64,000 bases of DNA from NCBI GenBank assembly GCA_029099845.1, contig JAQXOT010000011.1, forward strand, positions 41,044 through 105,043, read 5' to 3'. A program made the translations under genes and the position numbers. Positions 31,856 to 40,579 of this stretch are shown piece by piece. This DNA comes from a bacterium. GTDB lineage: Bacteria > Bacillota_I > Bacilli_A > RF39 > UBA660. Every line of letters begins with the position of its first letter. Position 1 is the stretch's first letter. The notes below the pieces were generated by a model, which worked only from the letters and a program-made list of their open reading frames with translations, had not been told where the DNA came from and did not search any database.

Positions 31856-32434
31856 ATGGCAAAAATTTTTAAAGTTGCTTTTAATCATAAGGGTTTGATT
31901 TTTTTAATTTTGATATTTGCTTTTTTCCTTGTAATTAATTGTTGGCCATTTTTTTCAAAGAAGGATTTAGTAGAAATTCGGCTAGTTGGGCAGGAGGATA
32001 TTGAACTTGTATCTAAATTACCACTTACTGATGAAAGTGCTAAACAACTTAGTATTGAAAATATTCAACCTGGGATAATTGGTTATGCTTCTTTTTCAGT
32101 TAAGTTAGATTCTGATGCAAAGAAGAGTTTTGAGTATGAAATATATTTGGAAGATATGGCAGATGAAAATATATTTAATTATGATTATGTGAAGGTTTAT
32201 TTGACTGATGATGAGGAGAAACCTTATGATCAATTTAGTGGAAATAAAGTTCCCACTTATAAAGATTTACGAGTTTCTTTAAATGAACCTAATAAGCGTT
32301 TGTTGTATAGTGGAGTAATAAATTCTTCAGAAATAAAGAAATTTAAATTACGAATATGGGTAGCAGATACTTATGTTTTAAGTGATATAGAAAAAGAATT
32401 TAAAGGAAAGATTAGTATTAAAACTATTTCTTAG
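31856..32434 (+). CDS. signal-anchored secreted protein, paralog 1 of 3 (putative SipW substrate)
   Basis: N-terminal hydrophobic segment; shared C-terminal motif KFKLRIWVAD with the two neighbours. Confidence 0.6.
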   Translation: MAKIFKVAFNHKGLIFLILIFAFFLVINCWPFFSKKDLVEIRLVGQEDIELVSKLPLTDESAKQLSIENIQPGIIGYASFSVKLDSDAKKSFEYEIYLEDMADENIFNYDYVKVYLTDDEEKPYDQFSGNKVPTYKDLRVSLNEPNKRLLYSGVINSSEIKKFKLRIWVADTYVLSDIEKEFKGKISIKTIS

Positions 32435-32442
32435 GAGGAATA

Positions 32443-33048
32443 ATGAGTAGTAAAAAGGGTGTTTCAAAGAAGTTAATTATTGGTTTGATTATTGCCAGTA
32501 TTTTGGTAGTATCAGTAATTTCTGTTACTTTGGTATTATTTATAAATAGGGAAAAAAATAAGGACGTGGAACGTTTTGATTCTGGCCTTATCAAGATGAC
32601 TTATGCAGAAAATAGTAATATTTTTTTCTTAGATAAATTGGTTCCGACAAGTGATGCTGTTGGTAAATTAAGTAATGATGCTAGTCAATATTATGATTTT
32701 ACTATTAATGTTGATTTACGTGATTCAGCTAGTGTTTCATATGAGTTAGCTTTAAAAATTGATGAAGAATTTACCTCTGCTTTGCCTAATACGATGCGTG
32801 TATATTTGGAAAGGCAGGAAAGTGGAAGCTATGTTCCTGTTTTAGAGCCAACAAGTTTTAGTGAGTTAAATTCTAAATCTCAGTATGGAGCTAGTAATGA
32901 TGAAGTGATTATCGCTAGTGTATCTAGTAAGGAAAATATTTCTCATAATTATCGTTTGCGTATGTGGCTTGCTGAAGATACGTTAGTTGATCCAGAAGTA
33001 ACGCAGAGTTTTGGTGTAGAAATTAATGTTTATGGAGAGGCTAATTAG
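32443..33048 (+). CDS. signal-anchored secreted protein, paralog 2 of 3
   Basis: N-terminal TM; YRLRMWLAED motif; RVYLERQESGSYVPV resembles IRIYLEKLVDGVYVPT in paralog 3. Confidence 0.6.
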   Translation: MSSKKGVSKKLIIGLIIASILVVSVISVTLVLFINREKNKDVERFDSGLIKMTYAENSNIFFLDKLVPTSDAVGKLSNDASQYYDFTINVDLRDSASVSYELALKIDEEFTSALPNTMRVYLERQESGSYVPVLEPTSFSELNSKSQYGASNDEVIIASVSSKENISHNYRLRMWLAEDTLVDPEVTQSFGVEINVYGEAN

Positions 33049-33094
33049 ACTCTTTTTCTTTCACATTCTTGAATTTATAGTTATGTTTTAGTGT

Positions 33095-33721
33095 TTGGAG
33101 GTATTTATTATGGATAATTCTTTATCTAAGCAAATCCTTTTATCTATTTTAGGAATTGCAATATTAATTATTGCTTTTGTTGGAATTTCATATGCAGTTC
33201 TTGTTACTGGCAAGAATACTGATAGTGATCAAGAAGATATTTCAATTTCTTTTATTAACAATAATTCTAATATTTTAACAGTTAATGCTTTATCTTTTAC
33301 TGATGATGAGGGGGTAAAATTATCTAGTGAAAATAATGTTTTTGATTTTGTTGTTAATGCTGATATTGTAAATGGGAGAGAATTTAATTACGAAATTGTT
33401 TTAAGGAAGATAGATGATCATGCTTTTTTAATTAATGGTAATGATATAAGAATTTATTTGGAAAAGTTAGTTGATGGGGTATATGTTCCAACATCAACTA
33501 AGATGCCCATTACTTTTGTTGCTAATGGTGTAGTTGATGAATATGGTAGCCCAGCTGATAGTATGACTATTTATACTGGCTTTTTGAAAAATGTGACTGA
33601 AGATGAAAGCCGTTTTGTTGAAAAATATCGATTACGTATATGGATTTCTCAAAACGCTCTTCTTGATGGTACTTTTGATAATTTTCAGATTGCACTTGAA
33701 CTTCATAGTAAAGTGTTGTAA
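33095..33721 (+). CDS. signal-anchored secreted protein, paralog 3 of 3
   Basis: N-terminal TM; YRLRIWISQN motif. Confidence 0.6.
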   Translation: MEVFIMDNSLSKQILLSILGIAILIIAFVGISYAVLVTGKNTDSDQEDISISFINNNSNILTVNALSFTDDEGVKLSSENNVFDFVVNADIVNGREFNYEIVLRKIDDHAFLINGNDIRIYLEKLVDGVYVPTSTKMPITFVANGVVDEYGSPADSMTIYTGFLKNVTEDESRFVEKYRLRIWISQNALLDGTFDNFQIALELHSKVL

Positions 33722-33812
33722 GAACATGTAAAGTGTTCTTTTTTTTCTTGTAAAATGTGGAAATTAAGGTAATTTGCATATTATAATTGTTTTAAAGTTA
33801 GGAGGCAGTAAA

Positions 33813-34454
33813 ATGAAAATTAGTGCTAAATATCTTAATTGCCAAAAAGATATGACTACGTTTGGTAAAATTAAGTATCTTTGCCATTTTATTGCACGGT
33901 CTTTTTTATGTGCTGTTTTAGTTTTTTTTATAATTTTCTTTGTATTTATGGTGAGTTATTTTGGAGATTTATTTTATAATTTAAGGCAGGGAAATAATAA
34001 ATTTCCTTTATTTAATGCTTATGTTATTGTTTCTCCTAGTATGGTGCCTACAATAATGGTTAATGATGCAATTGTTGTAAAAAGAGAAGATGGAGGAATG
34101 CTTAATATTGGTGATATTATAACTTTTTCTTCTGCAGATGCTTCTTATCCTGGTTTAACGGTTACACATAGAATTGTTAGTAAACAGAAGGCTCAAAATG
34201 GAAATTATATTTTTAGAACTAAGGGTGATAATAATAATATTGAAGATCCTACTTTAGTTAGTGAAGATAGTATTTATGGTAAGGTTATTTTAAAAATTCC
34301 AAAACTAGGTTATATTAGAAAGTTTTTATTGACTTCTTATGGCTTTTTCTTTGGTATTGTTATACCAGCGGTTGCTATTATTATATTGGATATTTTAAAA
34401 ATATTTAAAAGAAAAAAACATAAGTGCTCAGATGATGAATTGGAAATTATATAG
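33813..34454 (+). CDS. sipW: SipW-type (ER/archaeal-type Ser-His) signal peptidase I
   Basis: IVSPSMVPT catalytic-Ser box and THRIV His box; N- and C-terminal TM segments. Start moved to MKISAKY, which follows a GGAGG RBS. Confidence 0.75.
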   Translation: MKISAKYLNCQKDMTTFGKIKYLCHFIARSFLCAVLVFFIIFFVFMVSYFGDLFYNLRQGNNKFPLFNAYVIVSPSMVPTIMVNDAIVVKREDGGMLNIGDIITFSSADASYPGLTVTHRIVSKQKAQNGNYIFRTKGDNNNIEDPTLVSEDSIYGKVILKIPKLGYIRKFLLTSYGFFFGIVIPAVAIIILDILKIFKRKKHKCSDDELEII

Positions 34455-34577
34455 TTTGTTTTTTAAATTATATTTTTAGGTTGAAATTTATAGGTATTTA
34501 GTTTAAAATTTATGATACTTAATTTTATAAACTTTATGAGTTAACAATATTTTATTTAAAAAGTGGGGATTGAGTTT

Positions 34578-35381
34578 ATGGAAAAGTATGATGTTAAGTT
34601 TAAAAAAAAATTTGGTCAAAATTTTTTGAAAGATGTAAGTATTGTTTCAAGAATTGTTGGAGTTGCTGATATTGATAAGGAGGCTTTAGTAATTGAAGTT
34701 GGTCCTGGTGGTGCGATAATGACGCGTGAGTTGGCAAAGGTGGCTAAAAATGTTTTAGCATATGAAATTGATACTGAATTACAAGAAGAACTTAATAAGA
34801 GAATATGTGGTTTTGATAATATAGATTTGCTATTTTGTGATTTTTTGACGGCAGATTTGGGGAAAGATGTTTTAAAATATGAGTATGATAATTTATATTT
34901 TGTAAGTAATGTTCCTTATTATATTACGACTCCTATAATTATGAAATTAATTAATAGTGGCTTACAATTTAAGAAGATTGTTATGATGGTGCAAAAGGAA
35001 GTAGGAGATAGGTTTTCTAATTGCTGTGGAAGTAGAGACTATAGTTCTATTTCTGTATTATTACAGTATTATTTTAATGTTAAAAAGGAATTTTTGGTGC
35101 CAAGAAAGGAATTTATTCCAGTTCCTAATGTTGATAGTGTGGTAATTTCTTTTACTGAAAGAAAAGATAAACCATTTGTTTCTGATTTTAAATTTTTTGA
35201 ACAAGTAGTTCGAGATAGTTTTCAATTTAAACGTAAAAATTTAAGAAATAATTTAAAAAAATATAATCTTGATATTATTAGTGATGTGCTAAAAAAATAT
35301 GGTAAGGATTTAAGTGTTAGGGCAGAGGCTTTGGATGTTGATGTTTTTGTTGATTTAGCAAATGCTCTTTATAATAAATAG
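34578..35381 (+). CDS. rsmA: 16S rRNA (adenine1518/1519-N6)-dimethyltransferase
   Basis: FGQNFL motif, VIEVGPGGA SAM motif, NVPYYITTPII. Confidence 0.95.
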   Translation: MEKYDVKFKKKFGQNFLKDVSIVSRIVGVADIDKEALVIEVGPGGAIMTRELAKVAKNVLAYEIDTELQEELNKRICGFDNIDLLFCDFLTADLGKDVLKYEYDNLYFVSNVPYYITTPIIMKLINSGLQFKKIVMMVQKEVGDRFSNCCGSRDYSSISVLLQYYFNVKKEFLVPRKEFIPVPNVDSVVISFTERKDKPFVSDFKFFEQVVRDSFQFKRKNLRNNLKKYNLDIISDVLKKYGKDLSVRAEALDVDVFVDLANALYNK

Positions 35382-35452
35382 ATTTTACCTAGAATAATGA
35401 TAGTTCTAAAAATATAATTTAATTCATAGTATTAAAATGGAGATGATTAAGT

Positions 35453-35755
35453 TTGGAATTTAGAATCGGGGATTTAGTAACTAGAATTTCTTATAAGCAT
35501 GATGTTGTTTTTAAAATAATTGGTTTTGAAGGCAATACAGTATTCTTGAAGGGTGTTGATTTGCGATTAATTGCTGATTGTGAAATTGATGATTTGGTTA
35601 AAGCGGAACGAGGTTTTGATGATGATAAGGAAATTATTGAAGCAAATGTACGTGACATTAAAATTGATCGTAGTCAGTATTTTTATTTACCAGGTAAAAT
35701 TTTGCATATAGATGCTGATATATATTTAAGTAATAAACTTGTTAGTTCTTTTTAA
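35453..35755 (+). CDS. yabG: sporulation-specific protease YabG, 5' gene segment (interrupted by insertion)
   Basis: TTG start; (M)EFRIGDLVTRISYKHDVVFKIIG...RLIAD...YFYLPGKILHIDAD is collinear with B. subtilis YabG MQFQIGDMVARKSYQMDVLFRIIG...RLIAD...YFHMPGKVLHLDGD. It then runs into a foreign stop. Confidence 0.8.
   Translation: MEFRIGDLVTRISYKHDVVFKIIGFEGNTVFLKGVDLRLIADCEIDDLVKAERGFDDDKEIIEANVRDIKIDRSQYFYLPGKILHIDADIYLSNKLVSSF
35711..35730. other. attL-like junction of the yabG intervening element
   Basis: GATGCTGATA..TATTTA shares its core with GATGGTGATA..TATTTA at 47037, in the same codon phase. Confidence 0.6.
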
Positions 35756-35959
35756 AATAAGTAATTATTAAGGAAAAGTCTAAAATTTTATATTTTAATT
35801 AGATGGGTTAAAACAGGGATGGTTGTTCTTGTTTTTTTTGCGTAAGTTGTTTTTTTTCTTTCTTTTTTATTTGATATTTTGTTTTGATATTTACAATTTT
35901 TTTCTATTAATTATGTTTTTTTAATGTTATAATTGTTAATAGAGAAGGGTAGGAGTGTT

Positions 35960-37576
35960 ATGGGGAAAGTCAAAAAGACTACAAAAAATGATAGAACTTT
36001 ATTTTTTGTATGTTTATTGATATTTGTTGTAGTAGTTTTTATAGTGCCGTCTATACAGACAGTTACTACTAATATTGTTAATGTTAAAAATTCAAGGACG
36101 TTGCGTATTCTTTCATCATATGAGAACGAAGTGGTTGAAGAAGAAGTTAAGGCTTATGCTAAAAGCATTGATAAGCAAGTATCTTTTACTTATATGGGTG
36201 ATTTGGATATTGTTAGTGAGTTAAATAATAATTCTTCAAATTATGATGCTGTATGGATTTCTAATTCAATGTGGTTGTATATGCTTGATAATTCTTATTT
36301 AACAAGTGACTCAAAATCAATAAGTATTAGTCCCGTTGTATTTGGAATAAAAAGAAGTAAAGCTTTAGCTTTGGGACTTGTTGATACTGATGTTACTAAT
36401 ATGGATATTCTTAATTTGGTTAAAGAAAAAAAGATTAAGTATGTTATGTCTTCTGTAACTCAGACTAATGTAGGTGCTACTGCATATTTAGGATTTTTAT
36501 CATCTCTTGCTGGTAATCCAGAGGTTTTAACTGAAGAAATGTTGGATGATGAAAATTTAGTTAATGATTTAATTAGCTTATTTTCTGGAGTTGAACGGGT
36601 TAGTGGTGATGAATCTTATCTTGAGGATATGTTTTTAAATGATGATAATTATGAGGCGGTTATTGCTTCTGAGGCATCTTTAATTAATATTAATAAGCGA
36701 TTACAAAAACAAAATAAAGAAGAATTATATTTTATATATCCAAGTGATGGAGTAGCTATTAATGATTCAGCGTTTGCTTATATTAATAGTGATGAGGTAA
36801 AGAAGGAGACTTTTTTAGAGATTCAAAGTTATTTGCTTAGTGATGATGGACAGAAAATGCTTGAAGAAAAAGGGCAAAGAACTTGGTATGGTGGAGTTAG
36901 TGATAATAGTAATATTAAGATTTTTAATCCTAAGTGGGGAATTGATACTAAGAAGTATTTGAACGTGACGAAATTTCCTTCCAAAAATGTTATTACTAGA
37001 GCAATTAATTTATATATTGAGAAGTTAAGAAAGCCAACACATGTAGTTTTCTGTTTAGATTATTCTGGCAGTATGTCTGGTGATGGTATAGAAGAATTGA
37101 CAAATGCGATGGATTATATTTTAGATTATGATAAAGCTTCAGCTGATAAGTTGCAGTTTTCTGAAAATGATAAGATAACAGTTATTACATTTAATTATGA
37201 GGTTGATGATATTTGGCAAGCAGAAAGTGGTTATAATACTGCTGATTTGATACGTAATATAAATAATAAGTATCCAGTTGGTTCAACAGCACTTTATGAT
37301 GCTATTATAAGTGGCCTTGATATTTTAAGTGAGGATTCTGATGAGTATACTAAAACAATTATTGCTATGACTGATGGAGCGGTAAATGTTGGTACTTTTG
37401 AACATTTATCTTCGTATTATAAAAGTATTAATTCCGATATTCCTATTTATAGTATTACTTTTGGCGATGCCCGTGAATCACAATTAGAAGAAATTGCTAA
37501 ATTATCAAATGCTAGAGTTTTTGATGGTAAAACTAATTTATTAGAGGCTTTTAAAGATGTTAGAGGGTATAATTAG
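35960..37576 (+). CDS. membrane-anchored protein: solute-binding-protein-like domain fused to C-terminal vWA domain (TerY-like)
   Basis: N-terminal TM; vWA MIDAS motif VVFCLDYSGSMSGDG with ...GSTALYDAI...AMTDGA; the N-terminal domain is paralogous to ORF 38198..39388. Confidence 0.7.
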   Translation: MGKVKKTTKNDRTLFFVCLLIFVVVVFIVPSIQTVTTNIVNVKNSRTLRILSSYENEVVEEEVKAYAKSIDKQVSFTYMGDLDIVSELNNNSSNYDAVWISNSMWLYMLDNSYLTSDSKSISISPVVFGIKRSKALALGLVDTDVTNMDILNLVKEKKIKYVMSSVTQTNVGATAYLGFLSSLAGNPEVLTEEMLDDENLVNDLISLFSGVERVSGDESYLEDMFLNDDNYEAVIASEASLININKRLQKQNKEELYFIYPSDGVAINDSAFAYINSDEVKKETFLEIQSYLLSDDGQKMLEEKGQRTWYGGVSDNSNIKIFNPKWGIDTKKYLNVTKFPSKNVITRAINLYIEKLRKPTHVVFCLDYSGSMSGDGIEELTNAMDYILDYDKASADKLQFSENDKITVITFNYEVDDIWQAESGYNTADLIRNINNKYPVGSTALYDAIISGLDILSEDSDEYTKTIIAMTDGAVNVGTFEHLSSYYKSINSDIPIYSITFGDARESQLEEIAKLSNARVFDGKTNLLEAFKDVRGYN

Positions 37577-37584
37577 GTGTTATT

Positions 37585-38205
37585 ATGAAAAATAGTGAAA
37601 TTGTATCGGCAGCTATAGGTGGAACGTTTTTTGCTATACCTTATCTAGCTTTATCAGTGCCAATTATACCATCCTTAGCAATTGGTGCATGTGCTTTTGT
37701 AGCAGGAGAGCTAGTTTTAAAAAAAGATACTAAATTAAGTTTGAAAGAAAGTAATTTTTCTTTATACCAGACGTTGGAAGAGGCTAAAAAGCAAAATAAG
37801 CATATTTTTGATATGATATCGATGATAGAAAATGCGTCGGTAAAGAAAGATCTTAATGAGATTAATGATTCAGTTACTAAAATTATTAAAACAATTGAAA
37901 AAGCTCCAACTAAAGAAAAACAATTAAAAAATTTCTTTGATTATTATTTACCGGTTACAGTTAAACTAGTAGATCGATATGATGAGATTGAAAATCAAAA
38001 AATATCTTCTGTTGAAAGTAAGAAGTTTAATGAATCAACGGAAAAGATGATTAGTGAAATTAATAGTGTTTTTAAAAAATTCTTAAATAATTTATATCAA
38101 TCTGATATGTTGGATGTTAATGTAGAAATAAAGGTATTAAATTCTATGCTTAAAGCAGATGGACTAGATAAAGATGAATTGAAAGTTGGTGGAAAAGATG
38201 AATAA
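37585..38205 (+). CDS. XpaC-like membrane protein (5-bromo-4-chloroindolyl phosphate hydrolysis protein family)
   Basis: 206 aa with an N-terminal double-TM followed by a helical region, which is the XpaC architecture. It pairs with a TelA/YaaN-like gene, as xpaC-yaaN do in B. subtilis. Confidence 0.5.
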   Translation: MKNSEIVSAAIGGTFFAIPYLALSVPIIPSLAIGACAFVAGELVLKKDTKLSLKESNFSLYQTLEEAKKQNKHIFDMISMIENASVKKDLNEINDSVTKIIKTIEKAPTKEKQLKNFFDYYLPVTVKLVDRYDEIENQKISSVESKKFNESTEKMISEINSVFKKFLNNLYQSDMLDVNVEIKVLNSMLKADGLDKDELKVGGKDE

Positions 38206-39388
38206 GAAACAGATTGTTGGAATTTCGATGTTTGTAGTTCTTGTTTTAATTATTATTTTTATAAAAGTAGTTATGACAGGTAATAATGTTGATAATAAGA
38301 ATTTGACTACAGTTTATGTTGCAACTGGTGGTGGTAAAGAAGATTTTATAGCTGATGAAGAGGTTAATAAAATATTAAAGGAAAAATATGGGCTAAACGT
38401 AGTATTTGATTCTTGGAGTAATGGTAAAACAGTTACTTTGCCATTAATTAGAGAATCGGTAGGACTTGGTAATCAGGAAATTATTGATCGGTTGAGTAAT
38501 GGTGAAAAAATTACAATTAATACTGAAGGTGTTTCTAAGTATGATGCTTTGTTTACTTCAGATCAAAGATTTTATGATTATTATAAATTGGCACCAAATA
38601 GTGCTAATAATGAAAGTGATAGATATATGGTTTTAGATGGTGGATTAACACTAAATACACCTATTGTTATTTATTCATGGAAAGAAGTTGCTAATAAATT
38701 GATTGATGAGGGTATTGTTACTAAAACCGATGAAATTTATTATATTACTGATATGAATAAGTTGATTGATTATATTTTGAGTGGCAAGACATGGAATGAA
38801 ATTGGTTTATCTGATTTGTATGGAACCATTAATATTTCTTCAACAGATCCTGTGTCTTCATCACCTGGAGCTACTTATTATGGATTATTGTTATCAATTT
38901 TAGGCAACGGTCAGATAACAGATGAAGGATTAGAAGATAATTTAGCTAAATTAAAACAATTTTATCAACATTCTGGTTATATGAATAATACACCAGCCGA
39001 TTTGTTTGAAAGATATTTGAAAACTGGTATGGGTGGTGCCCCAATGATTGTTGATTATGAAAAAAGTTTGATTGATTTTGCTAATTCTAATCCTAATGGA
39101 TTTCTTCAAGTAAAAGATGATATCGTTGTTTTATATCCAAAACCAACAATTTGGAATTCTCATTGCTTTGCGGCTTTTAGTGATAGTGGTAAGAAATTAT
39201 ATCAAGCATTACAAGATGCTGATATTCAGCAAATTGCTTTTGAAAAGTATGGATTTAGAACTGGTATAACTGGTGGAAATTATGATGTGTCTTCTGTTGG
39301 CATTGCTATTCCAAAATCAATTAATAGTACTGTAAGTAGTCTAAAAATGGACTATTATAATAGATTGATAGATTATTTAAAAAATTAG
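38198..39388 (+). CDS. membrane-anchored periplasmic-binding-protein-like protein (paralog of N-domain of 35960..37576)
   Basis: N-terminal TM; SPGATYYGLLLSILGNG resembles NVGATAYLGFLSSLAGN in the vWA protein. Confidence 0.6.
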   Translation: MNKKQIVGISMFVVLVLIIIFIKVVMTGNNVDNKNLTTVYVATGGGKEDFIADEEVNKILKEKYGLNVVFDSWSNGKTVTLPLIRESVGLGNQEIIDRLSNGEKITINTEGVSKYDALFTSDQRFYDYYKLAPNSANNESDRYMVLDGGLTLNTPIVIYSWKEVANKLIDEGIVTKTDEIYYITDMNKLIDYILSGKTWNEIGLSDLYGTINISSTDPVSSSPGATYYGLLLSILGNGQITDEGLEDNLAKLKQFYQHSGYMNNTPADLFERYLKTGMGGAPMIVDYEKSLIDFANSNPNGFLQVKDDIVVLYPKPTIWNSHCFAAFSDSGKKLYQALQDADIQQIAFEKYGFRTGITGGNYDVSSVGIAIPKSINSTVSSLKMDYYNRLIDYLKN

Positions 39389-39399
39389 GAGGTATTTGT

Positions 39400-40542
39400 A
39401 TGGCTGCATTGGAAATTAAGCTAGAAAATAAAAATGATGAAAGGGTAAATGATTTAGCTAATAGTAAAACTAAAATTACTGAATCTAAAATTGAAAAGTC
39501 TTTAAATTATGATGTGTTGAGTGCTGAAGAGAAAAAGGCTGTTGATGAATTTAATGCAAAGATAGATGTGTTTGATTCTACACAAATTTTACAATATGGA
39601 TCAGCTGCTCAAAATAAGATATCAGATTTTTCTGATTCTATTCTTGAAGATGTTAAAACAAAAGATACTGGTGAAACTGGAGAATTATTAGCTGATTTGG
39701 TTGCACAAATTAAAAGTTTTGATTCTTCTATTGGTGAGAAAAAAGGAATTTTTAAAATTTTTAATAATGTAAAAAGACAAGTTAATTCTATTATTGCTAA
39801 ATATAGTAAAATTGAGAATAATATTGATAGTATTGAAAAAGGATTGGATAAAAATAAGATTCAGTTATTAAAAGATATTAGTATATTTGATGAAATGTAT
39901 CAAAAAAATTTGGAGTATTTTAAAGAAATATCTTTATATATAATTGCTGGTGAAAGGAAAATAGAGGAACTTAAGAATGTAGTTTTACCAGAACTTAAAA
40001 AAGTAGCAGAGGAATCTAGAGAGCAATTAGATATCCAAAAGGTTCAGGATTTAGAAGCACAAATTAATCGATTTGAAAAGAAATTATATGATTTAAAAAC
40101 AACAAGAATTATATCTATTCAAATGGCACCACAAATTAGATTGTTACAAAATAATGATGCAGAGTTAGTAGAAAAGATTCAAAGTTCAATTACTAATACT
40201 ATCCCATTATGGAAAAATCAAATGGTTCTTGCTTTAGGTCTTAATAACGCTAAGAAATCTTTAAAAGAACAACAGGCTGTTTCTAACTTGACAAATGAAA
40301 TGCTATCTAAAAATAGTGAGACTTTAAAACAAGGTACTTTGGAAGTTGCTAGAGAAAGTGAAAGAGCTATTGTTGATATTGAAACACTTAAGAAAACAAA
40401 TAAAGATTTGATAGAAACTTTAGATGGTGTAATTAAAATTCATGAAGAAGGAAGAGTTAAGAGAGCCCAAGCTGAGGAAGAATTAAAGAATATTGAACAA
40501 GAGTTAAAAGATAAAATCTTGGAAATAAATGTTAATAAATAA
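39400..40542 (+). CDS. TelA/YaaN-family toxic-anion-resistance-like protein
   Basis: ILQYGSAAQNKISDFSDSILEDVKTKDTGETGELLADLV is the TelA signature; 380 aa and coiled-coil rich. Confidence 0.7.
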   Translation: MAALEIKLENKNDERVNDLANSKTKITESKIEKSLNYDVLSAEEKKAVDEFNAKIDVFDSTQILQYGSAAQNKISDFSDSILEDVKTKDTGETGELLADLVAQIKSFDSSIGEKKGIFKIFNNVKRQVNSIIAKYSKIENNIDSIEKGLDKNKIQLLKDISIFDEMYQKNLEYFKEISLYIIAGERKIEELKNVVLPELKKVAEESREQLDIQKVQDLEAQINRFEKKLYDLKTTRIISIQMAPQIRLLQNNDAELVEKIQSSITNTIPLWKNQMVLALGLNNAKKSLKEQQAVSNLTNEMLSKNSETLKQGTLEVARESERAIVDIETLKKTNKDLIETLDGVIKIHEEGRVKRAQAEEELKNIEQELKDKILEINVNK

Positions 40543-40579
40543 GCATTATTTTTAATGCTTTTTTAATTAGGAGATGAAT

